A DNA stretch of 64,000 nucleotides from Epiperipatus broadwayi. Its lineage: Eukaryota; Animalia; Onychophora. Below the pieces are notes generated by a model. The model was given only the letters and a program-made list of their open reading frames with translations, had not been told where the DNA came from and made no database searches. The stretch spans positions 6,758,001-6,822,000 of the forward strand of contig JAQFVV010000001.1 in assembly GCA_028023455.1 (NCBI GenBank), given 5' to 3'. Made by a program: the position numbers and the translations under genes. The stretch's first letter is position 1, and the number at the start of each line of letters is the position of its first letter. Below, one piece after another: positions 12,901-26,599 of the stretch.

Positions 12901-13228
12901 TGTATTTTATAGCTACTTTTATTTTTTAAATAGCTATGAGCTTGTTGTTATCTATATTTAACTACTTAATATGTATGATATTAGTTAGATAAAATTTAAT
13001 ATATTTTTGAAAAGTACTTGGTCAGATGTTTTCCCTCCATTTTTTGTTTAGTTCTTCATGCTGTTGTTTTTATATTTTATAGCTACTTTTATTTTTGAAA
13101 TAGCTATGAGCTCATTGTTATCTTTATTTAATTACTTAATATGTATTAGCTAGTTGGTTATTAAGGTTTGAATTATTATATCTGTTAGTTAGATAAAATT
13201 TAATATATTTTTGAAAAGTACTTGGTCA
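12901..13228. repeat. Diverged direct duplication (about 125-155 bp)
   Basis: attttatagctacttttatt...gaaaagtacttggtca occurs at about 12904-13024 and 13074-13228; the second copy has an insertion. Confidence 0.85.
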
Positions 13229-13574
13229 AAGGAATTTTTTTAAACCATCATTAATTTGACTACATTAATTTATTTTTTTTTGAGATTTACTATGTTTTTG
13301 TTTAATTTCATAGGCTTTTGAAAATAGTATTCATGATTTTTTTGTTTTTTGTAATTTGTATTTTACTTATTTTTGATCGAATTCTTTATGCAGAGGGAGG
13401 GTGTTGTGTTGTATATATTAGATCAATTTTTGTAATTTGAATTTTATAGTGTTTTATTCAATTTTATTTTTGATTTGAATTTTAGAAACATTTGTTTGAT
13501 TTTTAAGTTTTTGATTTGTTTGCCTTAGGTGTTAAAATTTTTGTGAGAGGATTTGAGGATTTGTTCTATTTGTT

Positions 13575-13970
13575 GCACTAGGCATTTTAATTATCCATTT
13601 CTCACCTCAGACATTTTAATTTTCTATCTATCTAGCATTTTAATTTTCCATCAATTTCAGCAATTCTAGCATTTTAATGTATTTTATGTATTTTTACTGA
13701 TTTTGTGTGTGTACTTTTTTATAAATTATGTATTATTGCACTTAATTTTTTACTTACTTTTGATGTCTTGCCTTTAATTATCCTCAGGCATTTTAATTTT
13801 CCATTGATCTAGCATTTTAATTTTTCATTGATTTCAGAAATTCTAGAATTTTAATGTATTTTTACCTATTTTGTGTGTGTGTGTACTTTTTTAAAATTTA
13901 CTTATTATTGCACTTGATATTTTATTGATGTCTTGCTTTAGGTATTTTAATTTTAATTTTCCATCGATTT
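13575..13970. repeat. Degenerate tandem repeat (about 200-bp period) built from gcattttaat sub-repeats
   Basis: Repeated gcattttaatt, ttttgtgtgtgtactttttt and gatgtcttgc blocks. Confidence 0.75.
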
Positions 13971-14399
13971 CAGTCATTTTTGTATATAAATTTGTTACTT
14001 GCAGACTTCTTGGTGGTTCTGAAGTGTCACCTGGTGGCCACAGTACACATAACCCAAAACTACCATTTAAAATTAATATTAAATTAGGCTTGTCTAGATA
14101 GAGATACACATCTATTACATTTACAAGAATAGTTTATTGGTATTCTATTTATGGGTGAACAGATACAATAATTTGTCAGGAGCATAATAGTATTTACTTA
14201 TGATGACACATTTATTTTATATCTTTACTATATTTTGCTTATAATTTAATATGTCCACTTTAGTTTATGGAATTCATGCTATATTTCATTGATTGTGTTG
14301 TTTGTTGGTTTCATACACTATTTAGTATATGCATTGTGTTAAGTGGAATATTTATCTTTTAGCTTTTAATGTGAGAATTATTTTATCTTGCCACTGTTT

Positions 14400-15900
14400 T
14401 GATGAGGATTTGTGCTAGTTTCCATTTGATAAGTGTGAGAAAGATATAATTTTATTAAATATTGTATCATTGATATTATGCATTGGTAGATGGTGTGTAC
14501 TCTCCCATTGCTTATTCCATGATAGGATTATATTGTTGAGGCTTATAATTAGTTTATGCTTAGCTGGTAAAGTTTAATCTCTAAGGAGATTTATTTTCAT
14601 GGTATGCATTCCGTTTCCCTATGTTGAGACAATGTCCATACATTTTGTACCTAGGAAAAAGGTATTGGAGTCTGCCATATTGTCATATAACTATATAATT
14701 TTGTTTTGAGGAGCCTCTCTTTATTGTTGGATTCCTCATGATGATTAATTATTTTCCATTGTGTCTGGTCAAGTTCTTGGTATTTTAAAATTGTATCACA
14801 ATGATAGTGCATGTATTGTGCTGTGGCACTTTGTCAACAGTTTACAAGCAAACCAACAAAATTTATTAGTAATTATAAAACTTATCTTATGTATGGCATA
14901 CTAAGAGATATATGTGTCTAATGTCATTTTATTTCCATCAAGCAGTAGTTCACTGATGGATCAGTAAGACATCTGTGGACATGGGCAAATTTTAGTATCC
15001 TGTATATATTTGACTTCTGGTGTCTATTCCCATATTCATATAATTGATTGCTGAATGCTAAATAATAATTGTCATTTGTGCTTTATATGATAATTATCAT
15101 TATCATATTACTTATTATTAAAACTTAGTTATACTTTGATGCTTTCAATAGCATACTATAGATATCTATTATAAATAACAATTACTAGACATATCAATGC
15201 ATCAAAACTGTTCATAAATTTAAAGAGAAAATACCTGTAACCAAATGAATATATCTTGTTTTATATTGTTTCTGAAATATATGTGTTTTTCAATTACTTA
15301 TTATTATTTTAGGAAATTATAAATAGTGTAAATAAATAAATATTGTTTTGAAAATATATTTGGTGGTCTGTGGCCTTATTGATAATCATTATCCATGTTA
15401 ATATTGTTATTGGTATCAATACATTATCTTAATGTCTTAAAGTCATCATCAATCAAGACAGTATATTTTATTATGCATTAACATATCACAATGATTTTGA
15501 TAAGCTTTTACATTTAAAATACATTTAGAATTTATGATTTATTGATCAGAACACTGTTGATCTTAAGCCCATGTCTTATTTTAAATAATATTTAAGGATC
15601 TATTGGTTTTGGATTAACCTGTTTATTTGAATCATAAGATACATCATTCACAGATCTTGATCGTATTGTCCATAGTTATTTAATAAAAGAGAGTTTGTAA
15701 ATTATTGTGCTTGCTTTATTAAGAATTTATTGTACTCTGTGAAACTTAAAGTTCATATTACTGTTGGTATTGGGATTGCCAAATATTCTTTGTTAATTCT
15801 ATTTGTTTTATCAGCGGTCTTTGTTATATTTGGGTAGCGGCAAAATCCCTCTCACTGACCCAAGTATATCTTGTAAAATAGTAATATTTAAGTTATTTGA
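14400..15900 (-). mobile_element. Very decayed Penelope-like RT/GIY-YIG relic
   Basis: Minus-strand remnants ILPLPKYNK/RPLIKQI (about 15830; like YGLPKIHK..RPI) and WKIINHHEESNNKERLLK (about 14720; like endonuclease tail). Confidence 0.35.
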
Positions 15901-16699
15901 ACCCTGAAAAAAGTAAATTTCTAAATCACAGTCATAATTTTGAATTTATGGTAATTTCTATGTCTAAAGTTATTTATTTACTTTTATTTGAGTTGTGTTT
16001 ATCTTCACAGTTTAATTGAATTTGTATAATTTTAAAATGTAAATTTCTTTCCTAGTTTTTAAAACTTATAGTTTATTTTAAATTCATGGTTAAATATTCT
16101 GGTTTCATCAAGTTTTAGAATCCCTACTTTGTTTTATTTTATCTTACTATCATTTAATACAATATTAGTTTATAGTTCAGGATCTCATTCTCCATCATCA
16201 GCATTGTTCTCATATTTCATCTTGGTCTTTCTTTCTTTTATTTCTTCATCCTCATTTTATCTTGATTCATTATCATAATTGATTCATCCTTCATTGGCTC
16301 CTATTCTGTCATCATCTTATTCATTCATATTCCTAACACATTTTCTGTCTCTTCTCCTCATTCTTAAGCAGCTCATCCATTTTCATTATTTATTATTTGT
16401 TTCCATGATATATTTATCACCTAATTCATAATTCAAATTCCATATTAATTTCATAGACCTGATTACTAACTATTTACTGGTTTTGCAAATATTAAATTTA
16501 TCTAATAATATATTGCTTATGGATTTTAAAGCTAGTTTTACCGATGTCGATACTAGAAGTTACTTTCTTCATGGACACTTTGTGTCATTTTTTAGATTTA
16601 CCAATTCACACTAGCCTAGTTGATTTTAAAAAAATAATATTTTTATTTTAACATTATTTTTATGTATATATTCTTGTTATCCATATAGAGATGGTTACC

Positions 16700-16900
16700 A
16701 ACGGGTTTTCATTTGGATTTTTGGCACTGAATGTGAGACCTTATTAATTGATTGGCCTTGGGTGTTGGTGACAAATATCCTATTTGGATTTTTGGTGCCC
16801 TGGGTAAACATGTGAGCTTGATTAGATTGTGATTGTGATGGTGACAAAGGTCCTTTCCATTTGGATTTGGCACCAAGAAAAGTGTGAACTGATTGTTAGA
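16700..16900. repeat. Three degenerate 75-80-bp tandem units upstream of the coiled-coil relic; related motif at about 45787-45835
   Basis: ggtgacaaa...atttggattt(t)ggcacc...tgtga is repeated; ggcaccaggaagaaatgtgag at 45.8 kb resembles ggcaccaagaaaagtgtgaac. Confidence 0.55.
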
Positions 16901-17562
16901 ATACTGAATATTGTTTGACAGGTTCCAGTTACATTAAAAAAATTATTGTTAATATTTGATCAATGTGACCAAGTCATGAATGATGGTTCTCAATTTAATA
17001 AATCATATTAACTTTTAGGATTATGTGGATGATCCTGACTTAAATACATTTTATCAGTGATCATCAATAAATTACATGATGTACTTTTATTAATTAAAAT
17101 ATAATAATTGAATAAAATATCCACGATAGCAATATGTTAAATGGTGGCGCTATTGAAATAAGGTTGTGATGTGTTTTGAGATATGTATTTATGTAGGCAT
17201 ATAAAATCAGATGTGCTAGATGAAGTATAGAGTCTAGCATGTAGTTAAATAGATTTTTTTTCTTTGTTAACTTATGTGGAATTTTAGGTTGATGGAAAGT
17301 GGTAGTGTTGAAATGTATGCAAGGTCAATTCAATTTAATTCAAATTAGATGTTATATTATAGTTGGAAATATTATTGTAGAAAAATATTTACAAAATGAG
17401 TGAGTTAGATTATAGCCCCATTCCAATAAATGCTTCTATGCCAGAAGCAACAATAATAAGTGATTCGGATGTTTCTTTATTTTGAATCTCAAGAAACAAA
17501 AAAAATTGAAGAGAAAACCCCTACTGGTGTTACTAATCTTTAACTACCTGATACAAATATAA

Positions 17563-18481
17563 TGTATCAACCCCTAATGGAATTTATGAGGAAATTGATA
17601 GAAGTAAAGGGTAGAGAAATGGAAGGGGAGAAAAAAAAAATAATATGAAAGGATTAGAGAATAGATTAGAATAGGGTTGGTGGAATAATATGAAAGAAAA
17701 TAATGATAGTATAATAAGGAAGTTAGAAAGTAAAATAGAGAATAATGTGAAAGGATTAGAGAATAAAATGGAAGAAAGCAATAAGAGTATAAAAAAGTTA
17801 GGAGATAAAATGGAGGGAATTGAAAATAGAATGGGAGAGAAGATAGGAAAAAAGATAGAAGATTTGGAGAATAAAATTTAAGACTTAGTGGAATCTCTAA
17901 ATGAAGATGAGGGAAATTTAGAAAGGGAAATTGAAGAAATAGTGGAAGCAAAGGTTGAAGAAGTAATGGAATCTTTAGTCAAAGATAGGGGAAGTTTAGA
18001 AAGCAAGATAGGAGAATCAGTAAAATTTTTGAGAAAGGAGATAACCAATAGTCATGAGAGTATTAAGAATTCTTTGGAGAGTAGCCAAGGGGAACAAAAT
18101 ATTAAGTCAAGAAAGTTAAATAGTAGCAATGAGAGTTATTTTGTTAACCTATCAGAAACATATATAGAACAAGATGACCCTGCTCTTAACAATAATAGTA
18201 TTCCAGTTAAAGAAATAGGGCATAGTATTACTCACTTCTTAGCAATAAAACAAGCTAAGGAAATTTTAGATATGGAGCCTCATAAAATGGATTACTTACC
18301 TCCCAAGATGAGGCCATCTCCTTACCTTTTTATGGATGTGTGCATTGATAGACTGTGCAAGATGAATTTCCTACTTCCTAAAATGAGGCCATCTTCTTAT
18401 CTCATCATACACATGTGTTATGATTACCCATTGAGTAGTAATACATTAATTAATCTTATAAATGATAGGAGATTGTGTTGA
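17563..18481 (+). pseudogene. Interrupted coiled-coil (E/K/L-rich) ORF, gag/ORF1-like relic of a retroelement
   Basis: ORFs 17690-17881 and 17888-18481 are in one frame separated by a single stop. Heptad-like LESKIENNVKGLENKMEES repeats. Upstream part is broken in a poly-A run. Ends in PKMRPS repeats. No pol follows. Confidence 0.5.
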
Positions 18482-19522
18482 ATAAATTATTTACATCCTA
18501 GGATGAGACGCTCACCTTATTGTATTGCCAATGTAAAGATAGACTGGTGAGAATATATATATATATATTGTACGGATTATCTCCAGTCCAATCCTTAAAA
18601 CATGTAGTTTTAAGAAATAACACTTTAAAAAAAAGAGAAGGAAAATTATTATTTGCCTTAAAATTAAATAAATGTCCTATAACTTTTTTGCATATCTATA
18701 GTTCTACAAATAGATTTGGTTTTTAATAGATCTCTAATGTAGCAATTTGATTTGCACTTAAATTTATATATTTTTAAAATAAATAAATATTTTGTTTACA
18801 TTTAATATTATGAATGCAATATAATATAGTAATCAAAACATAACTAAAATCAGAGTCAAATTTCTGTTGATAACTACTTTAATTATAATAATAACAATAG
18901 AATGTATGTGTGTGGATACATTATGGAAAAGATTTAGAAATGCTTTATTTATTTTTTTACATAAAATTTAAGATCTATTGGATTTTTTTTTATTATTATA
19001 AATTATAAATAATTAAGGCTTTATTTTGAATGCTGAAACATTTTAAAAGGTTATAGTTTAGTGTGTGTGTAAGTATTTATTTATAACAATAAGTTATGGT
19101 GAGGTACTCGAAGATCAGGATATGTTCAAAAAGTGCCATGGAAATGCTGATATAATAAAAGAGGAGATAGAAATAAAGAAATATTTGAAGGATAATTATT
19201 ATTATTCTTTTGCTTTTATTTAACCTTTTGCCTTGGTCAACATAAATTTGTTTTACTGTTTTGCTTTTACACTGCTAAATTATAAAGGAAGAAAATTCAT
19301 TATAATGTGTGAACAAAACACAAGTATGTATGGCTAAAAAGTCAAGTTGTTTGAAGTTTCATCAAACCGTTTTTGTTTGTTATTCATCAATCCGATCAGT
19401 CTGAGAAGCTATGCTGAGTTTGAAGACATTATGTGTCTAAAAGATTCATGCTTGCAAGCTGAATAGAAACTGTTTCTTAAACGCTCAGAGTTTGTGTTTT
19501 AGATCTAGTTTCTTAATCCTGT

Positions 19523-19566
19523 CCTTCACTGACGATAGCAAATAGCTTGAAATCATGATATGAAGG
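19523..19566 (+). ncRNA. Solitary type I minimal hammerhead ribozyme (family D)
   Basis: CCTTCA CTGACGA t AGC aaata GCT t GAAA TCATGA T A TGAAGG. Perfect 6-bp stem I, intact core, 3-bp stem II closed by a U-U mismatch, palindromic stem III AUCAUGAU, AUA cleavage after 19560. Confidence 0.85.
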
Positions 19567-22500
19567 TGGAAATTAAGTTAGAGATAGTGAAATACTCGCT
19601 CTGACGTTTATGTAAACAAACGCTTGAAGGTGTTTTTGGTATAACGCCATCTATTGTCATACTTAAAAGAAAGAAAAATAAATAATCTATGTGAATCTCT
19701 GGGAAAAGATGTTAACATCACAATTGATTGAAGCATTTTTAATTAGTGTCACAATTAACTATAATTGTCTTTAAGAAAGGAAATCAACAAATGCTTGAAC
19801 AATAGATTATTCAACTTTTAAAATAGTTTATCATTTAAAATAATGGTTTATTTCAGCAATTTTACCACTATCAATCTACTCATTGAAATCATCGTGGGAT
19901 CAAGATGTGGAGATAGCATCATGAACCTTTAAATTATATAAAATTTGTAATAAAAATAAATAAAGAGAAAAGACAATATAATATTGTTAGTTGTAAGTTT
20001 CTTTTTATTTAGTGTTCTCCATTGAAAATTTTAAAATTGAGGAACAGATATTTAATTTAATATTTATGTAATACATTTCCTGTACCATACACTTATTTAT
20101 TAGTATGAATTAATTAATTTTAGATATGTATAATTTTTTTCGTTTACCAAAAGGCTACCTAGATTAAAAAACTATTATAAGTATTATTAATTCTTTTTAT
20201 CTAACTCGTAATAACTTATTTAATCATTGAGAATATGACTTCAAAGTTGAATGAATTTTGCCGTAGTTTTCTTGTGTTAGAATGGTAAATATAAAACTCT
20301 ATAGACTTAGGTAAAATTGTTTGTATATATTTTAAAAGTAATGCTCCATATTAATTGCACTATAGTACCATTTATGCAATACTTTATGACATGGATACTT
20401 AGTGATACTGATGTAAGTGTTCATATAATATTATTTATTTCTATATTTTAGCCACTAGAGAAAAAAGGATCTATTGTAATTATTTTCAAAAATAGTGTTT
20501 GCCAGAAATATATATATATATATGTTTAAGGAAAAAATAATATAGTTGGAGGATTACTAGAAGTATTCACCTAAAAAAACATTTCATATTATTCAATTCA
20601 TTTAATGCTTAAATAAAAATACTATTTTATTTTATCTAAATGATATAGTCACTGTTGGATCAAAATAATTCTTTTTATCCATGTATAATATTATAAACTT
20701 TTTTTATAAAATGGAAATAATAAAAAGAAATACTAATTAAAATATAAAATTATTATATTATAATTACCATCATTCCTTTGTTTAATGTAAATAAACTTAT
20801 TTATTAATTAAAACTGACTTCATATTTTTTTAAGATTACACAATTTATCAAAAGTCTTGGGTCACATGACTATGATTGCTAATACGCTTATTTTATTTTA
20901 CCCTGGTATACTGAAAACAACATATAAATAAACTTTGAACGTAATTATAATACACTTTACCCCTAATGTTAAAAGGAGACTAATTTATTGAAATATATTA
21001 GATACTTATTTATCAAATGTTATTGGGATTCAATAAAATGCCTCTTTGATAAATAACGTATCTAAGCTATACGCTTTAAGCATAACTAAGCTGGAGTCTT
21101 CCATTTCGTTACAAATCATATATATCGTGACTATCCATCTTGAGTGTCTTTTAAAAAAAAGAATAACAGTTAAAAGAAATCTGATAAAGGCAAGTTCAAA
21201 AGTTGAATAAATAAAATTATCTAGATTTTATATTTCTTTAAGTAATATAATCAAGTTTTAACTAGAGAAAAAAGCAAATTGATATTTTGAATATATCTTG
21301 AATATATTTTTGGCAAACACTTATCACTTTTATTAATTAAGACAGAAAAATATGAAACATGTAAACAGTTTTGTAAAGATAAGACAGACAACAACCTAAT
21401 CAAGGAGCTTGAACAATATTGAAAATATTTATAGAAAACAACTGTGTTTATTAAAATAATTTATGAAAAAACAGAATAAATATAATCAAGGCAATTGCAG
21501 TTAAAGATTTTACCACTAGGATTGCATAATTAGAATGTTTGTCATTGATTACTAACCTCTGAATGGATAGTAAATATCAAATCTATGCTCTATCACAAAG
21601 TCCAAGAGAATTGGGTTGGTTGTCTTTGCATTCCTGGAAAGATAGCTTTCCATTACTTATTATTATCAATCTTTTTTGCTGAGAACTAATCTAATATTAG
21701 AAATGAGACTTTGAAGTTTCAATATTTTTTTAATCAAAAACATTAATTGTACTGGGAAATGATCAAAGTCATGCTAGTTCATAATTTTAAAAAAATAAAT
21801 ATTTTGTTAATAAAAGATTTGAATTCATCTAGGCAAATTTACTTTTATAATATTTATAATTTTAAATTAATTTAAAACTGTTAATTGAACTATTTAAAAT
21901 TAATAATATTTAATTTCCCATAATTAAATTACAATTTTAATGCTTTTCTTGTAGTAAATATTATTTGTCAAGTATTTTCATGAAATTGGCATGTTTGTGT
22001 GTATAGACTAAAGCAAGCAACTTTTTTAAAAAGTAAATTATTCTTTAAATTTCAAGTTTTTTTTTTAATTTTTAATGTTTATATATGTAGATAAAAGCAC
22101 TTTATGAGTATATTGCGCCCAAAAAAATTATTTAAAAAAATTTTGAAACAATTTAGCTTTCAGTTTAATAAACAAAAAAAAAGAAGATTCATGGAAAATG
22201 AAAAAAATATCACAACTTTCTTGATTTTCCCCTTAAATATAAATCATTATTTGAATATATCTCTAGTCATTGTGTGTGTATGCTTGTTAATTTATTAAAG
22301 CAGAAGGATTTCTACTGATTGTTATTTTATTAAACTAAATATATCTTTATTGCCTGAAGTGTCGGTTCTTCTAAGATATTACTGGTCATATGCATATAAA
22401 AGGGAATCAATAATAAAAGGAAATCTAGTGACGTAGTGTCTTTCTAAGTTTAATCAAGGAACAATGGGTATTATCTTTATACCAGTGCCTTGCAGTACAG

Positions 22501-24984
22501 TATAACTAAAAATCTCATAAGTATATGGTACAAAGCAAGCACATACAACTTATATAAATATTTTCCATTTAATCATGACAATCTTGCTAAAATAATTACT
22601 GCATCCTTCTCTTTGTTAGTATTTCATTCATTGTAATTATTATTTTTCTTGTTATTTTTTATGCATTTTAGGTAGTAATTATTAATACCAATGGTATCAT
22701 TATCTTATAAAAAGTTATATTTATGTTATTTTCTCATCGATAAGTATATTCAATTATATACACATAAAATATGCACTAAGCTGTTGATAATGATTTATTT
22801 AATCATCATTTGATGATCATTAGTGGATTATCCAACATATTATATTAGTTACATACTGAAGAATAGAGAGAAGGAGCATCCCTTGCCCCATCTATTATAA
22901 AATCAAAATCTGAAAGCTAAACTAGACAACAAATATAAACAAATTGTATTAAATTCATAATTAAAAACTAGTCAAAACTTAAAAATTAAAATTTCTCAAC
23001 CAATTGCCAAGGGCAGACTTCTCACGTATTTGAGAAATTTGTCTTGGCAATGAAACCAATTGGGTATGAACTTTTTGGTTATCTTTTTAATTCTTAATTT
23101 CATATATATATATATATGGCTGTATGATGAGGAAATTGTATATAAACAAACTTAAAAGAGTAAAAATATAAATTATTGTAAAAATAATAATAATAATAGT
23201 TTCACGAGAAAATCGAATTCTAATTTACTTTGTAGTTAGAATTATTATATAATTCCAATTAGCTTTATTAGATTCTAAAGCTAGGTTTGTAGGTAAGTTT
23301 TTAACAATAAATATATATTTTAAAATTTATAAAAATTTTAATACAAAAATATTTTGTATATTAACGATCATATAATACAATATATGTATAAAGATTTAAA
23401 AGTTGCAAACAGAAATGTAAATAATACAGACAAAATAGTAAATATACTTTATCATTGTAAGCGTTAATTTGCCTTAATTTTTAAACTAATGAAAATTTAA
23501 AATGCATTTTAATTCTATAACATGGAAAAAAAAAACTTAACCAATTTTTCAGCATTATTAAATCATTAAATATAATCTTATTTCAAGCAAAAAAAAAGTT
23601 TTCATAATTATGGCAAAAGATTTCAAAATGTCTCATTTTAACGTTATTAAAATATACAATCTATTTAAACTTGACTAGATCATAAATACGAATATAGTAA
23701 TACAATTTGTCTCTTATAGAAATATTCAATCAATAGATTTTTTTTGTTTACAAAATATCGTTTGACTTCACTTAATAAATTTTAATAGTTTATAAAGTAA
23801 GACAACAAATTTTACTAATTTCTAGAAAGTTTAAAAAAGGCTAAGAGATGAAAAAAGAAAATATTGCAATTAAAATACTTTTTTATAAAGTAAATCCTCC
23901 AAGAAGATATTATCTAATATAGTGATAATATTACACTTTTGGACGTATTGTATGCGATTTACACTCTAAAAAAATAAGGTTTAAGAAATATCAGGTAATA
24001 ATAGCAATTTTCATTTAATTATTTGTAAAGATAATTCATTTTTAATTTTACATCATTCTAAATTTGCTTATAATCAGTAGGTGCTCAAAAAAGAATTTAA
24101 CAATCTTAACTTCACAAAAAAAATTGATGATAAAATTGAAAAAAGTGTGATCAAGTTTTGCAATAATTATACAAATCAACATATGAACTACAACTGTATA
24201 CACATGTATCACATGCTTATTTAGTCTATTTGTTTAGCATCTTGGAATGCTACATTTTATTTATATCTGCAGTAAGCCTTTCTTTTTAAAAATGTTTCAT
24301 GCCTTATTTAATTACAGCCATTCATTGTACATTATGTCCAGTCATACTTTTTGTGGACATATTGTATATATTGAGTGTCTTTGATATCTTTTTTGTAATA
24401 TAAACTAATTTAACTCTTTCATAAAAATATATTCACATATTAAAAAGATTTTCCAATTTCATCAACTTCGTATTCATGATCCAATCTAGATGTGACATAA
24501 TGATCGAATTAACACTACTCTAAATCTGAATGATATATAATTCTCTAGTATCACGGTTTTGTCTGGTATTTTCAGAATTATATTATCTTTAATGCTTTAT
24601 TGTCTTATGGTATATCAATTCATGTAACAAATTTAGCATAAAAATAACATTTTATGTAATAATTTTCAAAATGATTACATCACTAAATAAAATAAAAAAT
24701 CGAATGGCTTTATTGCTCAAGATTTCATAAGATGTTCGATCACCTGAAGAAGCTGAACTGCAATTAAGCTGAGGAGTTTATGCTTCAGACTCTAACACTT
24801 TTATCATTGTAGAAGGACATTTCATCACTGTCATAAAATGTTAAATACAGCAGCAAAACTTTGCCACCCATAGTATCAATGTTTATGCATCTACCCCATC
24901 ATTATATTTAAATTGATTTGCATTCTTAAATTGGTTACATTCCAAATTATAAGTGAAGTTGTTTTTTGTCTCACATAACTTGTA

Positions 24985-25388
24985 AATACTTAATAGAAGA
25001 GCAATACAGAGACTTCAGACCACTCAAAGAAGTATGGAGAGATGCATGTTGGGAGTAATAAGAAGAGATCGAAAACACAATGTATGGGTAAGAGAACAAA
25101 CAGGTGTTACTGACCTCATTGAAAAAATTAAAAGACTGAAGTGGAGTTGGGCTGGACATATTGCTAGAAGAGATGATAATAGATGGACAATTGAAATTTT
25201 AAACTGGATTCCAAGAGATTGTAAAAGACACAGAAAGAGACCACATGTGAGATGGATGGATGAAATAAGAAAGTGTGCAGGGATGTTGTGGAGAAGAAAT
25301 GCTAAAGATAGGAAAAGATAGATTGAACTTGGAGAGACTTTTATCCTGCAGTGTATTGATAATGTTTGATGATGATGATGATGATGAT
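24985..25388 (+). mobile_element. 5'-truncated RTE-clade LINE 3' end with (GAT)n tail
   Basis: RLQTTQRSMERCMLG...KRLKWSWAGHIARRDDNRWT...R..RP..RWMD is the diagnostic RTE C-terminus; followed by a (gat)n tail at about 25367-25388. Confidence 0.93.
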
Positions 25389-26599
25389 ATGCCACATTTA
25401 AAACATTAAAAACGTTCTGCATATTATCCTTTGAATTGGAAAAAAAAAATATGCTTTGAGAGCCAAAAATTTGCTTGTTTTTGCTTTTGTGCGATTTAAA
25501 TGAAATTTAAATAAATAATCAAAATATTAAGAACTGCATGATTCTTAATTTGTGAAGCTGCTTATATACTAGCACTAAAGACCAATATCATAAAAATAGC
25601 TGGAGCTATAGATAATTCCTACTTATCGTTACTTGTCATTTCACATGCTCAGGCTTCCTCTATCATAAGAACATTTTCTTTCACACTATCACTTAACAGT
25701 TGCCCAATAAAGTAAACTTTTATAAACATTAATATTTCAAATACATTCACCAATAGAATTTTTATTCAAATTATAAAAAAAAAAACTAATTATTATAAAT
25801 AAAAAAAATTGTGGTAAATTTAAATTCTAACTGCAAATTATTCTATTCATTCACCCTCACCCCACCCTAAAAAAACGGAAATAAAAAGTAAAAAATTCAA
25901 CAAGTTTAAAAATAATTGATGTTGGTTTTTCACAAAAATTAAGTTAAGGCAATTGATTTCAGCTATTCTACTAATAACATTTCTTTGAAAAATTAGTTTT
26001 GTTTTTTTGAAAGTCGCATTTTCATATCAAGCAAAATGTATTTATTACTAGCAAAAAAAAATACGATAAAAATGTAAATGACTTGGATGAAACATAAAAA
26101 CATTTTTATATTTTTAATCAGGTTGATTGATCATATATATGAATCTAGCTATTCTTAATTGAAAAGTAAAACTAGAAAAATCCTCAATTGATAACATCCA
26201 GAATTTATCAAGTTAGATTACTAATGCTTTTCTTTCCATCTTCTTCTATGGTAGCTATTAGAGAAACTTTTACTCTTGGGGTATATAAAGCTATTTTATG
26301 CTTTGTCTATATACATAATATAAAGGCATAGTAAACAATAATATACTATCACTAGAATGATCAAATTGTTCCTGAAAATGCTTTCAATTAATAATTTAAT
26401 ATATGTAATAGTAATCTACGAAAAATTAAATTTTATCGTTGCAAGGAATTTTTTTAGTAAAGGGTATTGAGTTTAATAAAAATGAAAAAAACATTGATCC
26501 TTATCATTAAAAATTTGATATTTCTTTTCATTATTCTAATATATATATATATATATAATAAAATGCATTCTAGAACAATATGTTGACAAATGTCAACTA

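Noticed and set aside
24743-24775. cCTGAAGAagctgaactgcaattaagctgagg
   Set aside because: No GAAA or stem III follows.
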